Under the pieces are notes generated by a model. The model did no database searches. It saw nothing but the letters and a program-made list of their open reading frames with translations, and was not told the origin of the DNA. A stretch of 64,000 nt of DNA from Anaerolineales bacterium. GTDB lineage: Bacteria; Chloroflexota; Anaerolineae; Anaerolineales; E44-bin32. Location of the stretch: the NCBI GenBank assembly GCA_040899905.1, contig JBBDZX010000003.1:16129-80128 (forward strand), read 5' to 3'. Position numbers and translations under genes: made by a program. Below are positions 1 through 9,039 of the stretch, piece by piece (the stretch's first letter is position 1; each line of letters opens with the position of its first letter).

Positions 1-1
1 C

Positions 2-1378
2 CCCACCCCGCCATCCCCTGGCTCGGGAGATGGGCGCGGCGCTCAACCCGTCCCATTCCATCGTGAGGCCGAGGACGCCGTCATCGGCTCGGTCTTGGTC
101 AACGCCGAGGTCTACTTCGACCTGGCGAATTTCCTCTCGCCGACCGACTTCTTCCTGCATCGCAACCGCTGGGTCTGGGAGGCCTTCGCCGGTCTGCACG
201 AGCAGCGGCTTCCGGTCGACGTCCTGACCGTCGCCGAGGAGCTCGAGCGGCAGGGGAGGCTGGACGAAGTGGGTGGCCCCGCCTACCTCACGGAGCTGAT
301 CCACAGCGTCCCCACCTCGTTGCACGCCGAGGCCTACGGCCGGCTGGTCGAGGAGACCGCCATCCGTCGTCGGCTGATTGAGGCGGCACAACAGGTGGCC
401 CGCCTCGCCTACCAATCCGAGACCCCGATCGAGGACGCGGTCAACGAGGCCGAGAAAGCCGTCTTCGGCGTCAGCGAGCGGCGCCTCACCCATCAGCTCC
501 AGCCCATCCGGCAAGTTCTGAGTGAGTTCTACGACCGGATGGACTACCTGGCTCGTCATCAGGACGAGACCATCGGCGTGCCCACCGGTTTCATCGATCT
601 GGACCGTGTCCTGGGCGGGATGCAGCCTAGCGATCTCATCATCATCGCCGGCCGTCCGGGCCAGGGGAAATCCGGCTTTTGCCTGAGTGTCGCCAAGAAC
701 GCCAGCCAGATCCACAAGAAACGAGTGGCCTTTTTCTCGCTCGAGATGTCCAACGAGCAGCTCGTTCAGCGCTTGGTGGCACAGGAGACGGCGATCGACT
801 CGCAGCGCCTGCGCCTGGGAGAGATCCGCGACGAGGAGTGGCCGCTCTTCACACAGGCGGTCAGCACGTTGAGCGACACCCACCTATACCTCGATGACAC
901 GCCGGCGATCACGCCGCTGCAGCTCATCACGAAGTGCCGCCGCCTACACATGGAGATCGGTCTCGACCTGGTGGTGGTGGACTATCTCCAGTTGATGACC
1001 GGCGACACACGGACCGAAAACCGCGTCCAGGAAGTCTCGTATATCTCGCGCAATCTCAAGGTCCTGGCGCGTGAGATGAAAGTGCCGGTTCTTTCGGCGG
1101 CCCAACTCTCCCGCGCCGTCGAGCAGCGGTCCGACAAACGGCCGGTTCTCTCCGACCTTCGCGAGTCGGGCAGCCTCGAGCAGGATGCTGACGTCGTGCT
1201 CTTTATCTACCGACCGGACCAATACGAGACGGACACGATGAAGCAAAACGTGGCCGAGATCATCGTCTCGAAGCACCGCAACGGCCCCACCCATCCCGGA
1301 ATCGAACTCGTCTTCCGCAAGTCCCTGGCGAAGTTTGAGAACGCCGAGCGGCGCCAGAGCATCGGCGAGGCCGTCTGA
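2..1378 (+). CDS. dnaB: Replicative DNA helicase DnaB (5' end runs off the window)
   Basis: ORF track gives 95..1378, but the frame stays open back to nt 2. The upstream residues read PFHREAEDAVIGSVLVNAEV, the conserved DnaB N-terminal motif, so the TTG at 95 is internal. Walker A GRPGQGKS, Walker B LVVVDYLQL, SGSLEQDADVV. The length gives no sign of an intein. Confidence 0.9.
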   Translation, partial: PTPPSPGSGDGRGAQPVPFHREAEDAVIGSVLVNAEVYFDLANFLSPTDFFLHRNRWVWEAFAGLHEQRLPVDVLTVAEELERQGRLDEVGGPAYLTELIHSVPTSLHAEAYGRLVEETAIRRRLIEAAQQVARLAYQSETPIEDAVNEAEKAVFGVSERRLTHQLQPIRQVLSEFYDRMDYLARHQDETIGVPTGFIDLDRVLGGMQPSDLIIIAGRPGQGKSGFCLSVAKNASQIHKKRVAFFSLEMSNEQLVQRLVAQETAIDSQRLRLGEIRDEEWPLFTQAVSTLSDTHLYLDDTPAITPLQLITKCRRLHMEIGLDLVVVDYLQLMTGDTRTENRVQEVSYISRNLKVLAREMKVPVLSAAQLSRAVEQRSDKRPVLSDLRESGSLEQDADVVLFIYRPDQYETDTMKQNVAEIIVSKHRNGPTHPGIELVFRKSLAKFENAERRQSIGEAV

Positions 1379-1404
1379 CCCGGCCGCGAGGGCCATCGCG
1401 AGAG

Positions 1405-2076
1405 ATGGGCGGTCCGAAATTCGGCGGGTTTCCTGAAGGTCGCTCTCCCATGACGCCGATCCCCGAGGCGTTTTACACCGACCTGCTCGGCGCGATCGAC
1501 GATCTATCCGAGCTCAAACTCACCTTGCTCGCCTTCCACATCCTGAGCCGCCGGGAGGCCCGTGTGCGCTACCTCCGGCGCGAGGAGCTTCACGCCCATC
1601 CAGTTTGGGGCGAAAAACCTCCGGCGGAATTGGACACCGCGCTGGCCGCGGCCGTCCGGCGGGGCAGCCTGCTCGAGGCTCGGGTGGAACTCGACCAGGG
1701 GGCGGAATCGCTGTACTTCTTGAACACGCCTCGGGGGCGGGCGGCCGCGCAAGGCGTCCGCGCCGGTGATTGGACGCCCGGGGCTGAGGCGGGGGAGCCG
1801 GTCGAGCTCCCTCCCGAACGGTCCAGCGTCTTTCAGTTGTACGAAGAAAACCTCGGGCCGCTTACGCCGATGATCGCCGAGTCGCTGCGCGAGGCGGAAG
1901 AGACCTACCCCGCGTCATGGATCGAGGACGCGGTCCGCATCGCCGTGAACAACAACGTGCGAAAATGGAGCTACGTCCGCGCCGTCCTCGAAGGCTGGCG
2001 CACACGAGGCAAGGATGACCGAGAAAATCGGGGCGACTCTGAAAAGGCTCGCCGCCGCTACCTCAAGGGCTCCTAA
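1405..2076 (+). CDS. DnaD-domain replication protein (DnaD/DnaB_2 C-terminal domain)
   Basis: The C-terminal SVFQLYEENLGPLTPMIAESLREAEETYPASWIEDAVRIAVNNNVRKWSYVRAVLEGWRTRG matches the DnaD/phage replisome-organiser domain pattern. It lies between dnaB and the loader gene on the same strand. Confidence 0.7.
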   Translation: MGGPKFGGFPEGRSPMTPIPEAFYTDLLGAIDDLSELKLTLLAFHILSRREARVRYLRREELHAHPVWGEKPPAELDTALAAAVRRGSLLEARVELDQGAESLYFLNTPRGRAAAQGVRAGDWTPGAEAGEPVELPPERSSVFQLYEENLGPLTPMIAESLREAEETYPASWIEDAVRIAVNNNVRKWSYVRAVLEGWRTRGKDDRENRGDSEKARRRYLKGS

Positions 2077-3412
2077 CGTGGAGGGCGCTGGGCCGACGCG
2101 CCCCACGGACCTGCTCGGCGATCCCGACTGCCCGCACTGTCACGGGGTCGGGTATGTCAGCCGGGATCTGCCGGTCGGACATCCCGATTTCGGGAAGCTC
2201 GAGATCTGTGTCTGCCGCCAGGCCGAAGTCCAGGGCCGGCTGCGCGACCAGCTCTTCCGGCTGAGCCGGCTCGAGGAGCTGCGCCACCTCACCTTCGATT
2301 CGTTCGAGCCTCAGGGCAGGGTCGGCCTCGGTGAACAAGAGCGGGCATCGCTCGAGCAGGCGTTCAATCAGGCCCGCATGTACGCGGACGATCGTCAGGG
2401 TTGGCTGCTTCTTCAGGGCGATTTCGGGTGCGGAAAGACGCACCTGGCGGCCGCCATCGCCAACGCCGCGGTGATGCAGGGCGTGCCCAGCCTGTTCCTG
2501 ACCGTCCCCGACCTGCTGGACGCGCTGCGCTTCGCGTTCGACGCGGAAGAGGTCACCTTCGAAGAACGCTTTGAGCAGATCCGGGGCGCGCCCCTGCTGG
2601 TGCTCGACGACTTCGGCACTCAACACGCCACCGAGTGGGCCCGCGAGAAACTCTTCCAAATCCTCAACCACCGGTACATCAATCGCCTGCCGCTGGTCAT
2701 CACGACCAACCTGGCGCTCGAAGAGCTTGAGGGTCGAGTCCGCTCCCGCCTTTCCGACCCAGAGCTTGTGAAGCACATCACAATCCGGGCGCCCGACTTC
2801 CGGCGTCCCGTCGAAGACAGCCGGCAGCACGCCCTGTCGTCGCTGCCGCTGCACGCGCAGCAGACCTTCGGCACCTGGGTGGAGCGCAAGGACGAGAGGA
2901 TCGCAGCCCAGGATCTGCGCACCCTGGCGGATGCATTTCGCGTCGCCCAGAAATATTCCGAGGACCCGCGCGGTTGGCTCGTGTTCATGGGCCCCTTCGG
3001 CTCCGGCAAGACCCACCTGGCGGCGTCCATCGCCAACTACCGCGCCGGATCCGGCGAAGCCGTCATGTTTGTCGTCGTGCCGGACTTGTTGGACCACCTT
3101 CGGGCGACCTTCAGCCCGAACAGCGCAGTTTCCTACGATCGTCGGTTCGAGGACGTGCGCTCAGCGCCACTACTTGTACTGGACGATCTGGGGACCCAAA
3201 CCGCCACCCCCTGGGCCCGAGAGAAGCTGTATCAACTCTTCAACCACCGCTACAACGCCGCGTTGCCGACGATCATCACGACCGCGGAGGACGACGAGAA
3301 GATCGACCCGCGCCTGTTGGCTCGCTTTCACGACACCCGGATGTGCACGATCGTCCGCATCAGCATGCCCGGGTTCCGCGGCGCTCCGGAACGGCCGCGA
3401 CCGCGGCGATAG
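2015..3412 (+). CDS. DnaC/DnaI-like helicase loader with two tandem AAA+ modules and an N-terminal Cys4 motif
   Basis: N-terminal CPHCHG...CVC. Module 1 has GDFGCGKTH, LLVLDDFG, VITTN. Module 2 has GPFGSGKTH, LLVLDDLG, IITTA. The ATG at 2015 has GAGG upstream but overlaps the previous gene by 62 nt. An alternative GTG at 2078 lies 2 nt after that gene's stop. Confidence 0.8.
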   Translation: MTEKIGATLKRLAAATSRAPNVEGAGPTRPTDLLGDPDCPHCHGVGYVSRDLPVGHPDFGKLEICVCRQAEVQGRLRDQLFRLSRLEELRHLTFDSFEPQGRVGLGEQERASLEQAFNQARMYADDRQGWLLLQGDFGCGKTHLAAAIANAAVMQGVPSLFLTVPDLLDALRFAFDAEEVTFEERFEQIRGAPLLVLDDFGTQHATEWAREKLFQILNHRYINRLPLVITTNLALEELEGRVRSRLSDPELVKHITIRAPDFRRPVEDSRQHALSSLPLHAQQTFGTWVERKDERIAAQDLRTLADAFRVAQKYSEDPRGWLVFMGPFGSGKTHLAASIANYRAGSGEAVMFVVVPDLLDHLRATFSPNSAVSYDRRFEDVRSAPLLVLDDLGTQTATPWAREKLYQLFNHRYNAALPTIITTAEDDEKIDPRLLARFHDTRMCTIVRISMPGFRGAPERPRPRR

Positions 3413-3420
3413 CCGCACGC

Positions 3421-3447
3421 TAGACATGGCCGCCCGCGTGCTACAAT
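3421..3447 (+). promoter_or_regulatory. Putative sigma70 promoter for tRNA-Glu (TAGACA ... TACAAT)
   Basis: TAGACA at 3421-3426 and TGCTACAAT with TACAAT at 3442-3447. Spacer is 15 nt, which is short. The tRNA starts 13 nt downstream. Confidence 0.4.
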
Positions 3448-3459
3448 GCGCGCGCCCCA

Positions 3460-3532
3460 GCCCCCATCGTCTAGAGGCCTAGGACGCGGCCCTTTCAAGG
3501 CCAAAACCGGGGTTCGAATCCCCGTGGGGGCA
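3460..3532 (+). tRNA. tRNA-Glu (anticodon UUC)
   Basis: Hand-folded cloverleaf. Acceptor GCCCCCA/TGGGGGC, T arm CGGGG-TTCGAAT-CCCCG, anticodon loop CT-TTC-AA at 3492-3498. No encoded CCA. Confidence 0.9.
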
Positions 3533-3550
3533 CAAACCAAGGCGAGTGAC

Positions 3551-3578
3551 CAGTCCTCAGTCTTCAGCCATCAGTTCC
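3551..3578 (+). repeat. Heptanucleotide tandem repeat, 4 units (CAGTCCT CAGTCTT CAGCCAT CAGTTCC)
   Basis: Period-7 read directly from the sequence. Same CAGNNNN family as the 10761 array. Lies just 3' of tRNA-Glu. Confidence 0.6.
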
Positions 3579-3615
3579 CCCCCACCGCCGACCGACTAAG
3601 CGGAGGATAGATCCG

Positions 3616-3894
3616 ATGCCTCGGTTCCTCATTGAGGTCCCTCACGAAGCCAAGAAACAGGCCTGCGATCTCGCCGTCCAGGTTTTCCTCCAGACGGGGT
3701 CCCATTTCATGACGAATGCGGATTGGGGGTGCGCCGACGGAGAGCACAAGGCATGGTTTATCTTGGAGGTGCCCAACAAAGAAGAGGCGCGCCAGATCCT
3801 GCCTCCCGCGTTCCGTCTCGATGCGAAAGTCGTCGAGCTCCAGAGGTTTCGCCTGGCCGATTTTGAGCAGACCCTCGGCCCTCACGAGCCCTAG
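3616..3894 (+). CDS. Hypothetical small protein (92 aa)
   Basis: ATG preceded by GCGGAGGA. Codon third positions are GC-rich. Same strand as its neighbours. The competing 249-aa minus-strand ORF 3571..4320 overlaps two plus-strand genes and looks like a GC shadow. Confidence 0.55.
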   Translation: MPRFLIEVPHEAKKQACDLAVQVFLQTGSHFMTNADWGCADGEHKAWFILEVPNKEEARQILPPAFRLDAKVVELQRFRLADFEQTLGPHEP

Positions 3895-3939
3895 GCCAGG
3901 CTCAATCCCCACCCGTCCTGCAGCAGGCCGCGAACATTC

Positions 3940-5079
3940 ATGAGGCAAGGCTCGAACTCGTATGACGTGATTGTGGTCGGATCGCGCATCGGCGGTGGTT
4001 TCACCGCCGCCCTCCTGGGCGACCAGGGCCATCGAGTTCTCGTCCTCGAGCGCGCGGCATTTCCCAGCGACACCCTGTCGACTCACTTTTTTCGCGCTCC
4101 TACACTTCGGGCATTGAAGCAGATCGGCCTGCTTGAGAAGGTCCAGGCTGTTGCCCCGCGCTTGACGGTCGATTTCAATGTGGTCGACGGCATCGCTTTT
4201 CCGGAGCCTGTCGATGGCCCGGAAGACTTCCCTTACTACCTGTGCGTTCGCCGGATCACCCTGGACGGCCTCCTGGCAGAACGATTGCGACAGACCTCGG
4301 GGGTCGACTTGCGCGAACATTCGCGGGTCGAGGCGTTGACTTCAGAAGGTTCTCGAGTCGTGGGCGCGAAGTGGACCGGGCCCGAAGGTAAGGAGCAGGC
4401 TCGGGCCAGGGTCGTGGTCGGGGCCGACGGACTACGGTCCGTCGTGGCGGCGCAAGTTCATCCCGCCTACGAACACCAGGAACCCGTGCGCCGCGCGATG
4501 TACTACGCGTACGTGAGAGGCTTGCCGGGCCAGGAGGGTCCGGCGGCGGAGTTTCACTATCGTGGCGATCACCTGGTGTATGCCTTTCCATGCGATGGCG
4601 ATTTGACGCTCCTGGCTGCCTCGGTACCGGTGTCCGAGTTCGACGAGTTCCGTCACCAGCCGGGGGCAAGACTTTGGCAGGAGCTTCACGCAATGACCCA
4701 GATCGGGCCGCGCCTCAACGGAGCCGTGCGAGAGGGGCCCGTCCGCGGAACGGGTAGTATTCCCGGCTACCTCCGGTACCCCTATGGTCCAGGTTGGGCA
4801 TTGGTCGGGGACGCCGGAATGGTGATGGACCCCTGGTCGGGCCAGGGAATTGACCAAGCCTCCACCCACGCCGTCATCCTTGCGCGACAAATCCAAGCGT
4901 TCCTCGCCGGGGAGTCCGATTGGGACTCCTCGATGCGGGAGTACCACCGCGAGAGAAACGCTTTCAGCGAGAAGACCTATCATCGCACTTGTCGATTCTC
5001 TCAGGATCTACGACCCATGACCCGCAAGGCTCTGGAACGCCGAGGGCTTCTTCGAGAAGAGCCGGACGGGCAGCCTTGA
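3940..5079 (+). CDS. FAD-dependent oxidoreductase (monooxygenase / geranylgeranyl-reductase-like family)
   Basis: N-terminal dinucleotide fold YDVIVVGSRIGGGFTAALL...VLVLE. GADGLRS and GDAGMVMDPWSGQGI motifs are typical of FAD-binding aromatic-ring hydroxylase-type enzymes. Confidence 0.8.
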   Translation: MRQGSNSYDVIVVGSRIGGGFTAALLGDQGHRVLVLERAAFPSDTLSTHFFRAPTLRALKQIGLLEKVQAVAPRLTVDFNVVDGIAFPEPVDGPEDFPYYLCVRRITLDGLLAERLRQTSGVDLREHSRVEALTSEGSRVVGAKWTGPEGKEQARARVVVGADGLRSVVAAQVHPAYEHQEPVRRAMYYAYVRGLPGQEGPAAEFHYRGDHLVYAFPCDGDLTLLAASVPVSEFDEFRHQPGARLWQELHAMTQIGPRLNGAVREGPVRGTGSIPGYLRYPYGPGWALVGDAGMVMDPWSGQGIDQASTHAVILARQIQAFLAGESDWDSSMREYHRERNAFSEKTYHRTCRFSQDLRPMTRKALERRGLLREEPDGQP

Positions 5080-5097
5080 CGCAAGCCCGGGACCGGA

Positions 5098-5125
5098 GCT
5101 GGAAGCCGGTAGATGGAAGCATGGT
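5098..5125 (+). repeat. Weak heptanucleotide repeat (GCTGGAA GCCGGTA GATGGAA GCATGGT)
   Basis: Period-7 with a CTGGAAG core, the reverse complement of the CTTCCAG arrays. Lies 19 nt after the stop at 5079. Confidence 0.3.
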
Positions 5126-5152
5126 CTCTTGGCGGATGACTGAGGACTCCGG

Positions 5153-6091
5153 ATGATCTTGGTCACCGGTGCCGGCGGATATGTCGGCAGCCACACGCTA
5201 CGTAGAATCGCCGCCAGCGGCAAGAGTGCGCGAGCGATAGTCCGGGATCGTGGCCGTGCGGAGCGGGAAGGCCGGCTCAAGGGCCTGCAGGTTGAATGGG
5301 CTGAAGGGGACGTCACGCGTCCCGAGAGCCTGGTCCCCGCTCTGCAGGGCATCGACACGGTCATTCACACCGTCGCCATCGCCATCGAGCGCGGCGGACA
5401 GACCTATGAGCGGGTCAACTTCGAGGGAACGCAAGACCTCGTCGCCGCCTGCGAGCGAGCCGGGGTCCGGCGTTTCATTCACCTATCGCAATTGGGCGCG
5501 GACCCGTCCCTTCCCTACCGGTTCCTGGCCTCGAAGGGCCGCGGCGAAGCTGCCGTCTCCAGATCCAAACTCGCCTGGACTCTCTTTCGTCCGTCGGTCA
5601 TCTGGGGGCCCGAGGACGAGTTTGCCAACACCTTCGCCCGCCTGGCGCTGATCACGCCGCTCATCTTCCCGATCGTCGGCGATGGGAAGGCACGCTTCCA
5701 GCCGGTGTGGGTGGAAGATGTAGTCACCTGCCTGATCCGGATCCTCGATGACCCCACCACCGAAAGCAAGACGTTCGAACTCGGCGGACCCGAAATCCTG
5801 ACGTTGGAGGAGATCGAACGCCGTGCCCTGGCTGGCATCGGGGCGCGGCGACTCTGGCTGCGGATTCCACTCCCGCTGATTCGAATCGCCGTTGGGTTGA
5901 TGCAAACGCTCCTTCCAGCCCCGCCGGTCACAACCAGCCTCCTCGAACTGCTGGCGGTCGACAACGTGTGCCAGAACAATGAGCTGCAGCGATTTGTCCC
6001 CTCTCCCACTCCGTTCACATCCGAGAACGCGCGGGCGTACATGCGGAGCTTCACAGCCGGGGCGACGATTCGTGGCCTGCTCGGCGGCTGA
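5153..6091 (+). CDS. NAD(P)H-binding SDR / NDUFA9-like (NmrA/epimerase family) protein
   Basis: N-terminal Rossmann motif MILVTGAGGYVGSH. The length and pattern are typical of atypical SDRs. Confidence 0.8.
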   Translation: MILVTGAGGYVGSHTLRRIAASGKSARAIVRDRGRAEREGRLKGLQVEWAEGDVTRPESLVPALQGIDTVIHTVAIAIERGGQTYERVNFEGTQDLVAACERAGVRRFIHLSQLGADPSLPYRFLASKGRGEAAVSRSKLAWTLFRPSVIWGPEDEFANTFARLALITPLIFPIVGDGKARFQPVWVEDVVTCLIRILDDPTTESKTFELGGPEILTLEEIERRALAGIGARRLWLRIPLPLIRIAVGLMQTLLPAPPVTTSLLELLAVDNVCQNNELQRFVPSPTPFTSENARAYMRSFTAGATIRGLLGG

Positions 6092-6105
6092 CCTCCGCAA
6101 TCTCT

Positions 6106-6140
6106 TACCTGATCCCTGATCCCCGATCCCTGACTCTGAA
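6106..6140 (+). repeat. Heptanucleotide tandem repeat, 5 units (TACCTGA TCCCTGA TCCCCGA TCCCTGA CTCTGAA)
   Basis: Period-7 read directly. Starts 15 nt after the stop codon at 6089-6091. Confidence 0.65.
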
Positions 6141-6218
6141 ACCTGTTGCATCCTGACCCCGCCCATGGCATCCTAGGCGCCGCCGGCCGTCAGGGCCGGC
6201 GATTGACTCGGAGCCCCA

Positions 6219-7643
6219 ATGAGAATCCCCGCCACATCCGCGGACTATCTCGATCTGATTCAAAAAGGTCTCCCCCCGCGAGGCGGGCCGGCGCAGAAGG
6301 TTCTTGTCCTCGGCGCGGGCATGGCCGGCCTCACAGCGGGCTATGAGCTCCTCCGCGCCGGACACGAGGTCGAGATTCTGGAAGCGCAGACCCGCGTCGG
6401 GGGACGGGTTTTCACGATGCGGGAGCCGTTCTCCCACGGGCTGTATGGCGAGGCCGGAGCCATGCGTATCCCGAGGGCGCATCACTTGACAATGGCGTAT
6501 GTCGAAAAGTTCGGCCTGCACACCTATCCGTTCCAAATGGGGAACCCGAAAGCGCTTTGCTGCTTGATGGGGTTGCGGCTCACGCTCGAAGAGGCCGAGC
6601 GCGAGCCGGATCGGCTGGGGTTTGAGCTGGCCGATATCGAGCGCGGCCAGACCTCCAGCGCGCTTTGGGAAGGCGCCCTCCGCCCGTTTTCGTCCCGACT
6701 CGAAACGGTGGGCGATGAGGCCTGGACCTCGATCGTGGAAGAGTTCGATGCCTATTCCGTCCGTGAGTTCCTGGAGGCCCAGCGTTGGTCGGAAGGCGCC
6801 ATCGAGCGCTTCGGCCTTCTCGCCAATCAGGAAGCCTTGATGAATTCGTCCTTCCTGGAGCTCCTGCGCGAGGAGCTCGGAAACTACTACACCGATATGG
6901 TCCAGATCGAGGGTGGCATGGACCACCTGCCGCGGGCCTTCCTGCCCGATCTGGCGGGTCGCATTCGTTTCGGCGCTCGCGTCGTCGCCATTGAGCAGAC
7001 CCCCGACGAGGTCATCGTGCACTACCGAACCGGCGCGGGCCGGTTCGCCGCCCGTGGCCATCGGGCCATCGTCACGCTTCCGAGCCCGGTCCTCCGGCAT
7101 GTCGAGTTCCTTCCCGGGCTTTCTCGGGCCAAAATGCGGGCCATCCGCCAACTCCATTACGATGCCTCGGCCAAGATCCACCTCCAATGCGGGAGGAGAT
7201 TCTGGGAAGAGGATGACGGGATCTTCGGAGGAGGGACGGTAACGGATCTGGCCGTTCGCAACATTTACTACCCGGAGCACGGCCGCGAGACCGGGCGAGG
7301 CGTCCTTCTCGCCAGCTACACCTGGTCCGAGGACGCTCAGCGCTGGGGGTCTTTGTCGCCTTCTCAGCGGATCGAGCAGGCCGTGGAAGACGTGGCCAAG
7401 ATCCACCCCGCGATCCGAACCGAGTTCGAGGCGGGCGCCTCGAAAATGTGGCACGACGACGAGTTCGCCGGGGGCGCCTTCGCCCTCTTCGATCCAGGCC
7501 AACAGTCGCTGCTGTATTCGGCCATCCATTCGCCGGAAGGGCGCTTGCACTTCGCCGGAGAGCACACCTCATTGGCCCATGCCTGGATCCAGGGCGCGAT
7601 CGAGTCCGGCCTGCGCGCCGCAGCCGAGATTCGCCTGGCGTAG
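6219..7643 (+). CDS. Flavin-containing amine oxidase (L-amino-acid / monoamine oxidase family)
   Basis: KVLVLGAGMAGLTAGYELLRAGHEVEILEAQTRVGGRV is the FAD-binding fold with the GGR motif. C-terminal FAGEHTS...WIQGAIESG is typical of amine oxidases. Confidence 0.85.
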   Translation: MRIPATSADYLDLIQKGLPPRGGPAQKVLVLGAGMAGLTAGYELLRAGHEVEILEAQTRVGGRVFTMREPFSHGLYGEAGAMRIPRAHHLTMAYVEKFGLHTYPFQMGNPKALCCLMGLRLTLEEAEREPDRLGFELADIERGQTSSALWEGALRPFSSRLETVGDEAWTSIVEEFDAYSVREFLEAQRWSEGAIERFGLLANQEALMNSSFLELLREELGNYYTDMVQIEGGMDHLPRAFLPDLAGRIRFGARVVAIEQTPDEVIVHYRTGAGRFAARGHRAIVTLPSPVLRHVEFLPGLSRAKMRAIRQLHYDASAKIHLQCGRRFWEEDDGIFGGGTVTDLAVRNIYYPEHGRETGRGVLLASYTWSEDAQRWGSLSPSQRIEQAVEDVAKIHPAIRTEFEAGASKMWHDDEFAGGAFALFDPGQQSLLYSAIHSPEGRLHFAGEHTSLAHAWIQGAIESGLRAAAEIRLA

Positions 7644-7651
7644 CGCATCCC

Positions 7652-9034
7652 GTGACCGAATCCCCAGCGCCCGCTCGCAGCTTCCGCACGTTCCTCATTC
7701 TTTGGAGCTCGCAGTCTGTTTCCGTCTTCGGTTCTGCGCTCACATTTTTCGCCATCACGATTTGGCTGACGCAAGTCTTGTATCCGGCGCCGGAGCAGAA
7801 ACCTGAGCTCGCACGGGCGCTCGCGGCGGTGAGCCTGGGTTTCGCCCTCCCGAATGTCTTCAGCGCACCACTGGCCGGCGCCTGGGCGGACCGTCATGAC
7901 CGGCGCCGGACGATGCTGGCCGCCGATATCCTGAACGGCGTCCTCAGCATCGTATTGATGGCCCTGGTCCTCACCCATCAGCTGAACCTGCTCATCCTGG
8001 TAGTGGTTGCGGCGCTGACTTCCATCCTGGCTTCCTTTCACTACTCCGCCTTCGACACCTCCTACGCCATGATCGTCCCGGAAGCCCAGCTGCCGCGCGC
8101 GAATGGAATGATGCAGACCATTTGGGCGCTCTCGGGAATCCTCTCCCCGGCGCTGGCGGCGCTGATCATTTCGCTGCCGGGATTGGCGCGCCAGGGGTCG
8201 ATCGGAGGGGGAATCGGCGCTTCCCTTGGGGCCCTGCCGGACGGAACGGCGCTCGCCATCGGGCTGGACGCGGTGACATTCTTCTTTGCCGCGGGCGTCC
8301 TGAGCTTCCTGGCGGTCCCTTCCCCGCGACACGCGCCCATCGCACAAGGGGAAAAGAAGGTCTCCCTCTGGCAAGACGCGAGAGTCGGCGCACGTTACAT
8401 CTGGGATCGGCGGCCACTGCTTTGGCTCTTGGGGACTTTCACACTGGCGAACTTCGCGAGTTCGCCGATGGAGGTCTTCCAGCCTCTCATGGTCAAGTTC
8501 AACCTGGCGAACGACTGGGCGAGTCGGGGCCTAACCTACGAGTCGTCGTTGGCGCTCATGGTCTCACTAGGCAGCATTGGCGGAGTCGCCGGCGGGGTGT
8601 TGATCAGTGTCTGGGGTGGGCTAAAACGCCGCCGAGTGTACGGCGTCGTCGTCGCCATTCTGGTGGCGGGTCTGGCGCAAGCCGTCTTCGGCCTCTCAGG
8701 GCTTCTCCCGCTCAGCACCGCCATGTTATTCATCTTTCACGGCCTGATCCCCGTCATGAATGCTCACTCGCAAGCCATCTGGCAGACGCAGACTCCGCCC
8801 GAACTGCAGGGTCGCGTGTTCGCGGTCCGCCGGTTGATCGCCCAGTTCAGCTGGCCGCTTGCGACGGCACTGGCGGGTGTGGTGGGCGGTGTGATCGATC
8901 CGGGGCTGCTCCTGGCCTTCCTGGGGATCCTCTTGGCCGCCGTGTGCTTCGCCCAACTCTTCAACCGCCAGCTTCTCCGCGTGGAGGACAAGGCCTACCT
9001 GGACGGCCTCGCGGCCCAAGCGGGCCAGCGCTAG
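7652..9034 (+). CDS. MFS transporter
   Basis: Multi-TM protein with the ADRHDRRR loop motif between TM2 and TM3. ORF track starts at 7448 inside the oxidase gene. The in-frame GTG at 7652, 9 nt after that gene's stop, is the plausible start. Confidence 0.8.
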   Translation: MTESPAPARSFRTFLILWSSQSVSVFGSALTFFAITIWLTQVLYPAPEQKPELARALAAVSLGFALPNVFSAPLAGAWADRHDRRRTMLAADILNGVLSIVLMALVLTHQLNLLILVVVAALTSILASFHYSAFDTSYAMIVPEAQLPRANGMMQTIWALSGILSPALAALIISLPGLARQGSIGGGIGASLGALPDGTALAIGLDAVTFFFAAGVLSFLAVPSPRHAPIAQGEKKVSLWQDARVGARYIWDRRPLLWLLGTFTLANFASSPMEVFQPLMVKFNLANDWASRGLTYESSLALMVSLGSIGGVAGGVLISVWGGLKRRRVYGVVVAILVAGLAQAVFGLSGLLPLSTAMLFIFHGLIPVMNAHSQAIWQTQTPPELQGRVFAVRRLIAQFSWPLATALAGVVGGVIDPGLLLAFLGILLAAVCFAQLFNRQLLRVEDKAYLDGLAAQAGQR

Positions 9035-9039
9035 CCATA

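Noticed and set aside
2-3532. dnaB / DnaD-domain / DnaC-like cluster next to a tRNA gene as a prophage or integrative-element replication module.
   Set aside because: There is no integrase, excisionase, repressor, terminase or structural gene nearby. I saw no tRNA-derived direct repeat. GC and codon style match the flanks. DnaB carries full-length chromosomal-type motifs. It is treated as the host replication operon, though only whole-genome context can exclude a second dnaB.
3571-4320. 249-aa minus-strand ORF spanning the tRNA-proximal region.
   Set aside because: It overlaps both the 92-aa plus-strand ORF (which has a Shine-Dalgarno sequence) and the N-terminal Rossmann motif of the FAD oxidoreductase gene. 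It has no recognisable motifs.
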